Positions 1 to 14,400 of a stretch of DNA of 64,000 bases are shown piece after piece (the first letter of the stretch is position 1; each line of letters starts with the position of its first letter). The position numbers and the translations under genes were made by a program. Source of the stretch: Gordius albopunctatus (taxonomy: Eukaryota). The notes below the pieces were generated by a model, which saw only the letters and a list, made by a program, of their open reading frames with translations, made no database searches and was not told the origin of the DNA. Location: the NCBI GenBank assembly GCA_964276515.1, contig OZ193909.1, forward strand, positions 1,984,001 through 2,048,000, read 5' to 3'.

Positions 1-1325
1 TATTTGTTCATTTATATAATAGGCCTAATAAAAATGCTCTCGGATTTTATTATATATATGTACAATAGTTAAAATATGCTTAATATTACATTTAATTATA
101 CACGTGGGAACAATTCAACATTGAATTACAACATGACTTAAATTGACAACAGTGATACATAAATTGAAAGTCATTTTCTCCTTATATAAGAAATTTTGTA
201 AAGTTGACATACACTAAAAAATACATAATAAAGCGGTCGAACTAAAGTAGATAAGAAGGAATTTTATTGAAGATCCAGAAAGTTACACAGCTCAAGTTGA
301 GGATAAGCAATGGAATAGAGATAACAATCAAAATAAAAAACACAATTAGAGCGACATAGCTGTATATAATGATATTTTTAAAACCAAATGACAATAATAA
401 AGAAATTTTCATCACACACCAAATACAAGACATAGTGATCAAGTAGAAATTTTTGTTGTTTGGAAAAAGGATAATGCCTAAAGAAGCAGGAACTAAATTG
501 TTAAGGTGTAAAGAAAAGGAAAAAGAAAATAATAAAAACGGAATTGAAAATCGGAAAAAGGTATAATGACAGAATTAGTGGACATGGTAACAAAGTTGGT
601 TTGAGAATGTACAATGATTTGATTGAATTGAATGCTGCTTTGAAATATCCATCCGATAAGGAAATATATTATAACCTTTAAAGCAATTCAATAGGCCCAA
701 AATATGAAATATCAAATATTGGTACAGACGTTGGAAGTCGTGCTTAGTTATGTGTATCATTTAAGGCTATAGATTAATATTAAATATGCATGCACATATC
801 TAACTCTCCAATGTACTTATGGGGTCTAAGAAACCCCACAAAAGTTATAATTTAACACCACTAAGAGAGTTTTAGATTTAGAAATTTGATTTTTTAGAGT
901 TTTCATAATTATGCAAAAGCTACTTTTCCTGAAAATTTCATAGGATTTGCCTCAACACTTTTGGAGATATAAGCGTTTGGGGTCCTATAAACCCCATAAG
1001 GTAAATTAAGAAAGTTTTTTTTATATTTTTTATCAATTTTTTTTTATTTTTAACTTAAAAATATTAATTTAAGCATGTGTATAACATTTGGATCAATATC
1101 GCTAGTTATATTTGTTTATAGAAAACAAGATTTTCGTGCAATAGGTGTCAAAACTCTGTTTGTGTTGATCACAATATAATATTTTGCGAAAATTTCAGCG
1201 AAAAATGCGAAAATAATGACCAATTTTTAGAGTCTTCTATTTTTTTACTGTATAATCATTTTATATGAATGGATATTTTTTATATTATTCAAACCTTCTT
1301 TTAATAAAAAAACATTTGCTTTTTA

Positions 1326-1930
1326 TAATGCAATTTATGGGCTCGTTTTTGGTTGTCCGTTGTCCGTCCGTTACCCTCTAATGTATTTACACCGGCTTTC
1401 TGACTTGGAGGTTCGAGTTCAATCCCCGGAGAGGACAAAAAATTTTTTTAATACCATGGATAATATGACTTTCTGACCGTCCACTGGCTGCTGACCAATG
1501 AAGAAATGACCATTGACCAAATAAATCGAATTTTTTTTTTCGTTTTTGAATTGGGTAACATTGATAATTACCCTATGTCCTCTCCTACAAGGGCTTATGC
1601 CTCTACTGATATGGGTCCCTGTGCCCCTAGAAAAGCTTATGCCTCTATTAATGTGGGTTAGAATCCCGGTGAACGTTTTGAATTGCTGGTTCGAATCCCG
1701 GAGAAGGCAAAATTTTTATTTTTTTTTAAATTAAATTAATATATTTTTCTTGTTAATACCATTGATAATATGACTTTTTGACCATGCCCTGGCTACTGAC
1801 CAATGGAAAAAATGACCATTGGCCAAAATTTGAATCGAAATTTTTTTTTGTTTTTTTTTTGACTCGTATGTATTTATAGACCGTCTCTTGGTACTGACCA
1901 ATGGAAAAAAATGAACATTGGCCAAATTGT
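1326..1930 (+). mobile_element. Helentron/HINE-like repeat, 5' part
   Basis: Starts ATGCAATTTATGGGCTCG, then a GTCC microsatellite and a tRNA B-box-like GGTTCGAGTTC. It is the reverse complement of 20600-21566. Confidence 0.55.
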
Positions 1931-2546
1931 TATTAAGTAAAGGCTAAAATTTTAAAATGCTCCTCCCAAAATCATTATAAAATACTGAAACAAATTCTTG
2001 AATATTTGATGATCAAAAAACGCATATTGCTGAAGTGTTTTAACAGTAAGTCTTAACCTTTTTATACCCGTGGCCCCCAAATATTTTATAATTTTTTTGC
2101 GGTCCCCCATTTTTCATAATAATTTATATTTGTTAAATTATCTATAATATATTGATTTTCTATTATTGTTTCATTTTATCTTATACATGAACAATTAAAA
2201 TGAAACTATGTATGTATGTTTGTGTGTATGCCGCCACCAATTTTGGAAAACTACCAGACCGATTTGTCTTAAAATTATATAACATTATCTAGTTAAATAT
2301 TCAAAAAATTATTTTCATTATAAATAATAAATTTCACAGCTATTTTTAATCGCAGCTAACTAAAATCTCAGCACAAATATGTTAAACTAAGCGAACTACG
2401 TAGACTAAGAAAATTCTTTGTCCATATATTTATATACTTGGACGATTCTTAAGTTTAAAGCAAAGTTTTACCGAAGATATTTGATGGTCTTCTAATTTTA
2501 TTGCTTTACTGCTTTCTCCCCTTTCATCTCCCCTCTCTCCCCCAGC

Positions 2547-2749
2547 TAGAATTGTCAAATTGCTAAGTTTCTTCAAACTCCAAACGCGAGCACGCACACT
2601 GAGTTGCTTAATATGCGCGTTAACACAATATGTGCTCGCTGTTTGGTGCATTAGGCAGAACAGTAGCATATAAAAATGCTCGAGGACCGAGCAGAAACTC
2701 GAGCAGATGGTAGCTGGAATTGAAGAAATTTAGCAATTTAACAACTCTA
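2547..2749. mobile_element. hAT MITE family A (about 203 bp), copy 1
   Basis: TAGA(G/A)TTG..CAACTCTA TIRs and a perfect 8-bp TSD CCCCCAGC. Confidence 0.9.
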
Positions 2750-3640
2750 CCCCCAGCAAGTTAGCAAGTTAAGAAGCTCTTAAAACGAATTCATTGCCAA
2801 GGCCACCACACACACAACTTCCCTCACACAGTGCAGCAGCAGTACTATTCATGCCCACCCCTGGGGGGGGCATAGCTTTTCGATCGATTGCGCTCGACCC
2901 CCTTGCCCCTTACAGGAATAGATCGGCACAAAACGCGCGGGCCAACTTTCTATTTATTCTTCTATCTTATTTACTTTTGCCATCCTAGTCATCAAAGAAA
3001 ATATTATTTCAAGAATTCTAAAAAATATTTTTATTCTGAGAAATAAATTTTTTTTTAATTTTACGCTTAAATTTATGTTCCTGAATAAAATATTGTAAAT
3101 TATTTTTAATTTTAGGGTATATATATAATTATGACAAAATTAATGCAACCACATGGGTGAAAAAATCACTTTCAAGTAAGACTATATTTTCCAAATTTTA
3201 ACTTAAAATATATAAAGTCAACTTTTTTATTATCAACAATTCTCATGTTAATTTGCTCAATCTTATAATAATGGATTTATAAAATCCATCGGCGAACTGT
3301 TTGCAGATTCTGTAACAGTGTTTCGCGGTGAACATAAATATAATAAATATATTTTTATTTTTTTCCCTATACTTCAATTTTTTGAAATAATCGAAAAAAT
3401 TTTAATTTAAAAATTTTGATTTATTAAAAAAGGGGAGAGAAATGCATTATAAATTATTTTTTTCCTAGCATTAATAATTTTTGATAACTATTTAAAATTA
3501 ACTTATCTCTAAAAAACATCAACTTATATAACATTAAATTATGGTATATTGGGCTTTTTAAATTTTTACTAAATTAAAAAATTAATATTTACAATATTTT
3601 ATTTTAATTTATTTATTTTTTCAAAAATGTTTGAATGTTA

Positions 3641-3901
3641 GAATTGGATTGCGGTATTAGTAGTTATAATAGAAGACAAGCCAGAACCATAAGTGGAAGA
3701 ATAGTCCCTCAAATTGAATACTATTTTTTGGTTAAAATTTTATTAATTTCTTTAATTAAATTTCAATATTTTTTTAAATTAAATAATTTTTGTTTTTTTT
3801 AATTTTTAGGCTGTTTTTTTGAATGATCGAGATAGTCCATTTTTTCACGGTAGTTTAATTCATCCCAAATTCATTCTAACAGCAGCTCCATGTGTTACTG
3901 G
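3641..3901 (+). pseudogene. Exon fragments of a trypsin-like (S1A) serine protease or inactive homolog
   Basis: Two exons joined by a phase-0 GT-AG intron (3731-3809) read ELDCGISSYNRRQAR-TISGRIVPQIEYYFL / AVFLNDRDSPFFHGSLIHPKFILTAAPCVTG. This resembles propeptide CG..R|IVGG and CGGSLI...LTAAHC. No downstream protease exons were found. Confidence 0.7.
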
Positions 3902-4304
3902 GTAGGTTGTCTCCAAAATCTAATAATACCATTAGACTGACAAACACAGGTGATAATGATAACACAGGTCTACAAGAAAAAATATCCCGCAATTTGACAA
4001 ATATTTCTGATAGAGATTTTTACGCTGAACAATAATATGCTTTTAGTTTTATCGTTTTTTAATTAAATTTAAGTTTCTCTACACATTATCAAGGATAGTT
4101 AAAATTACCTAAACTCATTTCTCTTCGTGATTTAAAATTTTCCAAATTCACTTAAATACTCTAGAGAGCCCTTAAATCCAAATTATTTAAGAGTCTTATT
4201 AAAAAATGTAAAAAGCCTGCAAATTTAATAATACAAGTATTAGCCTAATGGGCTTAGCCAAGGGCGGAGGGCAGGAAGGGGCGGCTGCCCCCCCCCTAAA
4301 TCCA

Positions 4305-4613
4305 ATATGCAATTTACGGGCTCACTTTCCATTTTCCGATGTCTTGTCACGCTTTTCGTCGTGTTTACCACTGAAACCGCTTGGAAGTAGGTTCGATACC
4401 CGGGGACGCCAATTTTTTTTTAATTAAATGGAAAATTTGTATTAATAATTAACTAATTATTTTGCATTTAATACCCCCCCCCCTATAGGCAATCTCACCC
4501 CTTTCCAACTTTCTCGCCCATAAATTGCATAGAAAATGGGCTACTTTTATACGGAGTATAGATGAGCTTCGTTCCCCCTTCCCCTTCCCACGAGGGCCAA
4601 AGGCCCGAGTTTT
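4305..4613 (+). mobile_element. Short Helentron/HINE-like element
   Basis: ATGCAATTTACGGGCT at the 5' end, inverted GCCCATAAATTGCATAG near the 3' end, then a GGGCC-AAA-GGCCC hairpin and T-run. The same 3' end occurs at 19772-19890 on the minus strand. Confidence 0.55.
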
Positions 4614-5930
4614 CTACTAACTGTTTGGTCTCCATTACAAAAATAAAACATGTCATTTTGATTTTTATTCATTTTCTTTGTGTTTGGTAAATTGCATATA
4701 ATTTTAGAATTACTATTTATAATTAAATTATTTTTTTATAAACCTATAAGAGGCTTTAATAAACTTATATTTGAAATTTGAGAAGTGTTACTCTAATGGT
4801 TTTAAAATCATGATCATTTTAAGAATGGGGTTTTATAAACCCCATAAGTCACTTCAGGGTTGGGATTTCTATAAGTACATTGGAGCGTTAAGAAAATAAA
4901 GATGGTATTTCAATATAGGTTTTTAAGGTATAAGATAGAATTTTAAAATAAAACTTTCCCTAAAACCTTTTTGTAATAAAAATCTTAATTCTATTTAATC
5001 TTAAGGCTTTGTTACACCCTAGATATTGTTGGAAAGAAAATTAGTTTTAGCTCAAAAAAAAAGAAGTACCAAAAAAATAATCATTTCAATTGTAAAACAA
5101 ACAACTTATGTTTATCGATAAGTATTATATTCGCCATTTATTAATAATTTATAAATATTAACATAGACCTACATTTTATATTGCTTCGCTAGGTATTTTG
5201 TCTTTCTCACCTTCCCTCCTTATACCATCTCTTTTTTTATTTCTCAACAACGTAGTATAAGACCTTTTGAACATTATTTACTTCCAATCCTTTCTAATTA
5301 TTTTCATGATGATGGGCTATATTTGCCCGAAATATAACATGCCATTTGCCTCTACTTGTTTTATCAATACAACCCCACCGCTTTTATGCAACGAATTATA
5401 AGATATTGTTTTATTAATTTTCTTGACACTACCTCTTTTCTTTTACATTACACATTTCATATCTTTAATGTCCAATACTATAAATCAAAATAAAAAAAAA
5501 CCTTTAGGGGGCAGTACTTACGTTAATATATGTAATTATATGTGATTTAGAACGAAAAGCGCAAAGAAAAAGAGGATCAACATAAAAATGATAAGGTAAC
5601 ATATTCTAATATTAAATTATTTTGATAATTTTTTTATTGCAATATGTTTATACAAAAATAAAGAAATTACAGTAACGACTAAAAACCTATAATAACGCGC
5701 TAAAGCGAAACAAACGGCATTGATCCGTGAATGGAAATCATGTTGGAACACATGATTAATAGATGGCGAAGTAATAAACAAATTTTAATACTGTCTTATT
5801 TAATTTTATTTATCAAAGTTCTAAGCTTTATTAGTGAGTTTAATTACATATATAAATTTTATAAATTTACATCCCAGTCATGCAAGGACTTTTGCAAAAA
5901 AGTTTAATTGTTACTCATTAAGGCTTAGTA

Positions 5931-8900
5931 CTAAGTTTCACTCGTGTACTTTAGATTACAAGAGTTCCACCAAGTTAAGAATTTAAGCCTTTTGTTCTGA
6001 CGTTCATACTCAGTCTCTGGAAACTGAGACGTGGCCAAAGAATCTTTTGCCAAATTGCAGAGCTTAAACCATGTGTCAAGTGGGGGAAATCGCCAACTCC
6101 ACCCTTCTGACCACTTTAAATATTTTTTGTAACGAACATATGAGTTCCCTAACTTCTTTAAGAATCTAGCTAGAGAGGCAGGTCCTTTAAAACCGTCAAT
6201 GTGAATATATGAATAAGGGATTGCCCATCTTTCGTAACTTTTCTTATCCGTTCCACCTACTATTGGTATGGGCCCTTGCTTGCTGAGTCGGTACCAATAT
6301 TTCTCCGTTATGTAGCCCGGGCATGATTGACTGTTCTCAATAGCTATGAAAAATTTGTAGCGCGACGTCAAGTTTTTGGTACATGGGAAATCGTCTACCA
6401 TATTACGTGAGTTCTAACGATTAAAAAAGATGATTGTAATTTTTATAATTAATAATTAAAGATTATTAGACTGCCTAATTGCATTGAAAAATAATATAAA
6501 TATTTCTGATTGGCAAAGGAAAAACCCGATAGCCGAGTAACTACACAAATAATAATTATAGTTTATACCAACTGGGGGTAATTTTAAATTAGAAACTATG
6601 TTAAATTGGTACACACTCTTTTAATGTGTAAATTGAAAATGATAACAGATATTTAACATTTTTACCCTTGTTAGAGAATAATTAATTTGCAAGTCATATA
6701 CTAATAGAGTTAGTTATATATTTAACGAACGTATTCTTTAATATAAACTTGTCCCTAAATGACATAATTACGACGTAATTACACTGGTCTACAAAAAAAT
6801 CAACCAGGAAACGGTCAACATATTCTGATAGAGTTTTTTGTGGTAAACACAAATATGTTTTTCGTTTTTTCCCTATGCGTCAAGTTTTTTAGATATTTCG
6901 ATTCAAAGTTGCGAAAGTGACGGTTTTTGACCCTTTTCGACGCTCAATAGAGCGATATTGAATAGCTAAAAAAATTTTAAACCTCTAAGTGGTAGAACCA
7001 ACTTAGGGTAAAACATTGAAAGACCATTTTTTCCCCCTATTGTTTTTATTTTTTCCAATATATCGAATATCCAATTAGATAGGAGGTGTTTTGAGGAGCT
7101 TATTCTTACTCTTTCGAAGAAGATACCCACACCTAGAGTTGTTAAATTGCTAACTTTCTTCAACTCCAGCCACAGTCTGCTCGAGTTTCTGCTCGGTCCT
7201 CGAGCATTTTTATATGCTGCTGTTCTGCCCAATGCACCGAACAGCGAGCACATATTGTGCTAACGCGCATATTAAGCAACTCAGTGTGCGTGCTCGCGTC
7301 TGGAGTTTGAAGAAAGTTAGCAATTTAACAACTCTACCCACACTAAATAGAGAGGGAGGGAGGCTCAAAGGATGCCGCTTTGCATAGGGACTAATCGAAT
7401 ATTAATGTCTCTTATTATTTTCGAGTATCATCATAGTTAAAAAGTTAAGTAGATACTAAACCATGTTGAGCTCTAACTTAAATTTGCCAATGATTTAATT
7501 TAAGAATATTTAGTATTTGATTTGGACACTCGTATATCGGGTTTTTCTTAGCTAATTATAAAATCGACAGTCACCTCATTCAAAGTTAGACATATTTGAT
7601 TGTCGAAACAGTCCCCATACAAATCCATGTCGGGGATGTGTCGTTTCAATTGCAATACATACTCCATTCTCTCTTTCGCTTTACAATTACTGATAGTAGC
7701 TGTGCCGTAAAATATAATGCAAGCTTAGCTCATTATGAATCATTATAATAATTAGAAATATTACTAAAATTTCCGATAGATGTTTGTCACACTAACGTGA
7801 TAAGCTTCTTTATATATTCGGATGTGGGGTGACGCTCGCCTTTCCAGGCCTGACAGCCGTGTTGAGGTTGTGATATATTTTACATTTTTTTTGAAATAAA
7901 CTGCTGAGAGCGGGATTTGAACGCGCGAGCTCTTATTCAAAGAAAAAGCCTATACCAACTACCTCCACGGCCCATATAAACAATTCATTATTTAAATGTG
8001 CATTGCAAATTAATTTAAAATTATGCTGTCAAAAACCTTTTTATTAGAGAAAACAACACTTTTGGAGAGCCTATATTTCTAACATACTCTACTTAAATTT
8101 CTTTTACACTCCTTACACGATCTACCATATATAACATATAAAGTTCTACATTGCTTTAATTAGCTTAATAAATTACAAACATGAATATATTACAAGTAAA
8201 GTTGCTTGGAAGGCCCTTATTTTTAATTACCTGATTTAAAAAATAACAATTTTAAGTTGCCCAATTTTAAAAATAATAACTAATATTTCCTAAGGTTGTT
8301 TATTTTATTATAGTTTCTATAAATTTCGCTTATTTTGTTTTATAAAAGTAGATAAGTTTTACATAAATTAATGTTAATTAATTACCAAATATTTAGCTTC
8401 TTAAAACTATAAAAAGTAGCAAAATAAATTTTGTAACATTCTGCAAGGGGACAAAATAAACAAGTAACTCAAATAATCAATTAGAAACCAGAACTGAAAC
8501 CTCCAAAGTTTACAAAAATCAAGCGTTTGTTTTTGCGAATGGCTAAACGCTATTAACAATTATTTGATACAAAACACGTTATTATTTCAAGAAACGACTC
8601 AGAGCCTCTGATATTTGGTAAGAGAGTTTAAAAACTTTCATCGTTATATATCACTGTAACTTTTACATTACCTCAATTGACATTTGTTTTTTTGTCGAAA
8701 TAAGCATGTATCGAAATCGAATTGAAATTATATTGCTTTTAAAGGCGCCAATTATATATCACTCTAATACAAATTATCATACATGTTATTTATTTATTCT
8801 TATTACTAATAATAATTGTTCTATCACTAAAAAATAAAGTTTAATTAAATACCTCCAATAAGTTTTCTACTGGCGAAGTCTATGGCGTTCAGTTGAGGAC

Positions 8901-9872
8901 TATTTTTGTATCGAGGCTGATTAACACGGATTCCATAAGGTAGTTGAACGTCGCTGCGTGGATCTACGCTAATTATGTAATCGAAGTAGCTTGGCTCAAG
9001 TATTTCACTCAAATTAAGGCGTCTATCGAGCTTAGCGTTAGCCCAAAATTTAGCGGCTGACTCCCTCGTGACCAGCACTGATTTCAGATGAGGTTTTAAC
9101 AATGTCTTAATTTTAGGTGAGTTTGTGGGAAAATTTTCTATTTTAGTGAAGAAAGGGTCTATAACGACGAAGTCTGCAAAAGCTATTTGTGATTTGTTCA
9201 CTATTAAACACGGTCCACCTAATTTGGCCAAAGGTGAGTCGTTGTATCTCTTCATAGCCCTTCTAAATACGTCGTAATGGTGATTATCCCAGAAGTGAAA
9301 TTTGGGAATTTTAGTGAAGGTGGCATCATTGATTGTGGGAATTTTGATATTTATTTGGGAAACAGGGCTTAGAGAGTGTTGGGCTAATTGATTATTCCTG
9401 TCATAAGAAACCGGATCATTATCGCTTTCAACCTTTAAGATATCTGGTGACCCTTCGTAGCTAACCCATATTCCTTGATATTCTGTGTTTGGTAATAATA
9501 TTTTAGGTAAGTCAACAATAGTTTGAATCGTGCCTTCAAAAAGGGTAGTGAGTGCTAATATTTCATATAAAACTTTGGTCTACTACGACCCTATCCACTC
9601 TTTCTCGTTTAATCCACTCTTCCCTAAATCAAAAACTTGTTTTCTCTAAGAAAACTCTCATTGCCACCCGTCCTTGTTTTCGTAAAATAATTACAAAAAA
9701 AGTTAAATTTCTATTATTTTGTTGAAATTTGTGGAAATATTATTTACATTTAAATTATATATACATTTAAAATCTTACTATATACAATGAGGATCGTAAC
9801 ATATATTACAGTGAATCCTAAAAACCCTGGATTTACACGAGTATGTCTGGAAATTAAATCGAGGAAATGCAT
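5931..9872 (-). CDS. Alpha-1,3/4-fucosyltransferase (glycosyltransferase family 10), 4 exons, 467 aa
   Basis: Exons 9872-9779, 9554-8853, 7699-7575 and 6413-5931 join with GT-AG and consistent phases. N-terminal type II TM segment GFLGFTVIYVTILIVY, SNC..R..YV..L..DLYGDC motif, and GT10 motif YKFFIAIENSQSCPGYITEKYW. Confidence 0.9.
7134..7336. mobile_element. hAT MITE family A, copy 2 (FUT intron)
   Basis: Same TIRs; TSD CCCACACC/CCCACACT. Confidence 0.9.
7785..7972 (-). mobile_element. tRNA-derived SINE
   Basis: A-box-like GTGGAGGTAGTTGG and B-box GTTCAAATCC followed by a non-tRNA body. A second copy lies at 52665-52850. Confidence 0.75.
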
Positions 9873-10379
9873 AAAAGTAATCACTTTATTTTAAATTTGG
9901 TCAAGAGTTATATTAATTTTAGGAAATATCTTGATTAAAATGCATTAAGTTTGCCGTAAAAATAATCGATGTGATAGTACGCAATCTTGAAACGGCAGTG
10001 GCCTCTGTAATGTCTTTTTGTAACACGATATAATTAATCAATTTTATAGGCGTAAAAAGGCTCACTTTTCTATTTTGGATTGAAAGAATAGCCGACCTTT
10101 TTATTGTCAAAATTATCTTGTGTAGTGTCACTAAACTGGAGCACATTACAATGATGGTGGTACTATAGATCAAGAGTGGCTGCCCTATAAAATTTTGATT
10201 TAATATACTATAAGGTAGGTTCATACTTAAAAACCAAAGGCATTCTTCACTTATTCAGCTCTTTCCAATAATTAAAAGGTGAATGGCCAAAACTTTTATA
10301 ATAGCTATGTGGGTAAATGGTGACGAAATTTTATAGAGTTGTAGAAAAAATATTACAATCACATGTTTATTTTTTGTGC

Positions 10380-10530
10380 TTTTAATGTAAATATTCGATT
10401 TTTTGTTCTTCCGCCGTATGAGAAGATAGTCACTTCTATAAGTCACAATATATTCTTCGCGTTTTGAAAATAGGGTTTAGCGATCGCCATATCCTATGCT
10501 TGGGATACTTGGAGAAGTTTTTTTCTTCTT
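10380..10530 (-). mobile_element. Degenerate RTE LINE endonuclease fragment
   Basis: Clear nucleotide similarity to 36960-37110 (AIANTYFQKRE...TYRS). Confidence 0.7.
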
Positions 10531-11472
10531 TGTTTTTCAGTCAGAGTAACAAAGATAAATTTGTGGCTGCCGTCGTCCCTATAATACTAATATAATATTA
10601 TATTAAGCAAGGGAATAAATAAAGGCAAACAACATATTTCATTTAATCAAAAAAATGGAATGAATTATCGCTAAAAGTTCGTCTTTATATACACGTAAAA
10701 TAATTATTAATATGAATAATAAATTATAAGGTCTTGAAATATCTTAAATTCAATTATTGTGTATTCAAATGAGGAGCGTGAATAGAGCTCGTGAATAGAG
10801 CGATATCAAATATTTAAATTAGTAATATAAAGGATATTAATAAGTGACCATACAATTAGTGGTACCATAAATTAAATTGAGACAAATTAAAGCATAAGCT
10901 ATTAATCTCACAGTCAGTCTTGCCAGGAAAACGTGAAACGAAATTTTTTTCCTGCCGTGATGGGTATAAAATCCAATGTTAGGCTCTGTTTGAGAATTGA
11001 CTGGTCTATATATTAACACTTATTTGAACTTCTATATAATAAACCAGTAAAATTGCTCTAGGCTTTCTCTTGAGGTACTCGGATCTTACCATATAATAGG
11101 CAGTAGTTAGAAAACTAAATAATAATTTCATTATTTTATTAGACATCCAGGAATATTAAATTCATGTCAGAGCAATTCAACATTAGTTAAAACATTGCTT
11201 AAAAATGATTTAAACTGACAGCAGGGGAAAACAAAATGAACGTTAGATTGTATACAATTACTATAATATGGCCAATTTTATTGTAAAGAATTAGCCTGTG
11301 ATGTACAAACTTATTAAAAATCATTAATTATAAAATTGTTGAGAATGTCGATCACCACTTCTCTTACGCTATGCCAAAGGCCAAAAAGCATGACAAATTA
11401 CTTTTTAATTTTAATGAAAAATTTTTTAGGGTTTTCATATTCCTAAGACTTCAATTTAAACGTCCTAAGAAT

Positions 11473-14400
11473 CAGAGGTCAGATTTGTTGGGAATTTTCT
11501 GCCCGAACCCGGCCCGATTCAATTTTTTAACTTCGTTGCCCGCCCGGGCCCGCCCGAACCCATCTAAGTGTCCGCCCGGGCCCGCCCGAATCGTTAAAGC
11601 TGCCCGAATTGCCCGGCCCGAAATATTAAATTTGCCCTTTAGTCCCGAATTTATGAGGTCCCAAACAGAGGTCGGATTTGTTAAAAATTTTCTGCCCGAA
11701 CCCGGCCCGGTCCAAATTTTTAACTAAATTCCCCGCCTGAACCCTTCTAAGTGTCCGCTCAGCCATGCCCAAACTATTAGAGCTGCCCGGCCTTATAAAA
11801 TTTGCCCGTTAGACTAGAAATTATCCAATCCCAAAATCTTTTAACCACTATTACAAAATAAGCATTAAATTAATGGCATATTGATTAAAACAAAGATGAC
11901 AATATTTTATTATTTATAATTATTATGTAAAAATAACAAATCGTCGACAATTTCCGGGGATAATCTTGTGCGTCTTTCCTCTATTAATCTTCCTGCGATA
12001 GAGAAACTTCTTTCACTAGCAGCACTCGTCGCCGGGATGGCAAAGAGTATTTTTGTTAATCTTGCTAATTTAGGATACCTAAAATAGTTATAATTTTTAA
12101 TAACTTTAATGTGACTTGTTTTCTTTATTTTTCCACCATGTTAAAAGGGAAAAATTTTCATCCACGTCCTTGTCTAAAACATCATTCAAGTATGAATCGA
12201 TCTCATCTAATGCCGTATCATCTTCATCATCAGCCCATTCCGAAAATGTCGCCTTTCTTTTTTTACCTGCTTAAATAAAGTATAGGGCATCATAAATTAA
12301 TCTTACCATGAGAGATTGGATCTTTAGGAATGGTTACACTTACAACATCCATTTCTTCATAATCTTTAATTGTTTTGCGCACAAAGCTAATAACTTCGTC
12401 CCTTTCATTTTGTCCCAGCATTTTTAATTTTCGAAATCGGGGGTTTAGCATTGTTGCTGCTTTATGATATAATGTGAGCGCAAAAACCTCGTTAATTTCA
12501 TCTTTTAATCTTGTTTTGAGAGTGGAAATTTCGTCGTGGTCTTTTGGATCGTTTTTTAAAGAATCAATTATTTTAATTTTCCACAAAAATATATAAGGAA
12601 AAGTTGTATCCGAATCAGCCTGAAGCTGAGTGCTAGCTTCTTCAAATGGCATTAAAAGCTTAATAATTTCGTTGAGCAAGCTTAAATCAATATTCATTAA
12701 CTTATGAGTTTCACACTTTTGCGTCAATATTGTGCCAATATTGTCGTATTGACGTTGTATTGATTTAAGCATGGCCAATTTTGTATTCCACCTAACATCA
12801 ACGTCTTGATGCAAGGTGTACTTAAGATCTTTGTTGAGACCACTTTGTTTAAAATATTTTACTAGTATTTTTGAATCATTTAAAATATTGGAAATTTCTG
12901 GGGCAAAATCTTTTAAACAACTTTCTTTAAAGGAATGTCTTAATATTGTATTGATTAAATGTGCTGTACAGTTGTAACGGTTATACTGTTCCAGGGCCTT
13001 TTTAATATTTGCGCCTTTGTCTGTGACAAAATTAATTGATTGAAAACTTTCCTTTTTAAAGCCAAATGACATGAATTTTTTTATTAATTCAGTTTTAATA
13101 TTTTCTCCGCTTTTTTTATCGGGATTAAACTTTGTCGTGAAAAGAAGGTTATTTGATAATACCCAATCTTCATTTATATAATGCAAGGTAAATGATATAT
13201 AATTATTTTTAATATGATCGTCTACCCACATATCTGTGGTGGCAGACACGAGGCCGTTGTCCAAATAAGGAATTAACTTTTCCGCGACATCCTTTCTTAA
13301 TTTGTCGGACAAATTATTTACATTTTTTGATATTGTAGTAGGATGAGGCATTATATTATTAATATCTATGTGACCTTTGGAAGCCCCAATATCAATTAAT
13401 AATTGACAAAAAGCCTCGAAGCCTTGGCCTGCAATAGCCTCAAATGGCCTAATATCTTTTGCGCAAAATAATACTGCACTTTTTGTTAGCTTTTGTTTAA
13501 TCTCACTAATAGCATTTAAAGCGAGATTTTTATTGATGTATTGTGTTATTTTTGGATTTGAGGGAATGCATGAATGCCTATTTAAATGCGAAGTTCCATC
13601 GCTGGATTTATATTTTAAAATTTTACAACAATTTTTGCATATTATAAAGCCCGAATATGCGCCAGCGCCATTAACTATCGTTTTAAACTTCTGCCAAACA
13701 GCACTTTTTAGTTCAACATCTTTTGTTGTAAAAACACCATCATCAATACACTTCTTCACATCTACTGGGTTCAATGAGGCACACTGACTACTTTCTGACG
13801 AACAAGTTGACATGCTGCAAATGAGAAAATATATAAAATAGTTCATTTATTCAGCAAAATATAACTCAAAAGTAAATTTATCCAGGAACTAAGAGATTTT
13901 CAGAATACAGTAACAGAGTTTAAATTTAGAATAGGGAAGACCGGGGACTAAATAGCCATTAAAAATTGTGGGAAGGGGTGAAAATGCTTATAGGGGGGTA
14001 TTAAATGCAAAATGATTAGTTAATTATTTATACAAATTTTCTATGCCTACAAGAAAATTTAAAATTAAAAATTTAAAATTGGGAGGTTGATGCTAACTAA
14101 TAATAATGACTCGTCTTACCGTAGATTATTTATGATGTATATGACATTAAGTTATGAAAATATTTGAAGTGGTTTTAAGAATGTTTCATAAATAAACAAC
14201 AAAAATAAGAATGCAATATTTTGGACAATTTGCGTCAAACTTAAATTACTTATAACATATGAGAGAGTTAAAAGTATAGGGAAATTCAGCAAGCAAATAA
14301 TACAAGATATAATTACTTTTAAATAAGTCTAGTATAAAAAAATAAATATCGATATTTGAATTAATTTAGCTAATGATCATATAATCAAAGTAACTGTTAA

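Larger units (their letters stand above)
804..4887. mobile_element. piggyBac-like non-autonomous element (about 4.1 kb including nested insertions) at a TTAA site
   Basis: 17-bp TIRs CTCTCCAATGTACTTAT / ATAAGTACATTGGAGCG (16/17), flanked by CTAA and TTAA. Subterminal GGGGT..AAACCCCA repeats occur at both ends. The paralogous flank at 17190-17240 has a single TTAA (17219-17222), i.e. the empty site. Confidence 0.7.

Noticed and set aside
2430..2669. Recurrent ORFs with [21 protein letters not shown] (also 6966, 15332-15793, 24931, 59371)
   Set aside because: These are chance translations of MITE family A.
1326..4613. One continuous Helentron spanning the protease exons
   Set aside because: A second 5' end at 4305 means the 3' end at 4613 may belong to a separate short copy, so the carrier cannot be fixed.
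9919..10224. 101-aa ORF as the fucosyltransferase first exon
   Set aside because: The exon at 9872-9779 already gives an ATG, a TM segment and the correct phase; this ORF has no recognisable motif.
11371..11727. 118-aa Pro/Arg-rich ORF
   Set aside because: It is a translation of the hAT subterminal GCCCG repeats.
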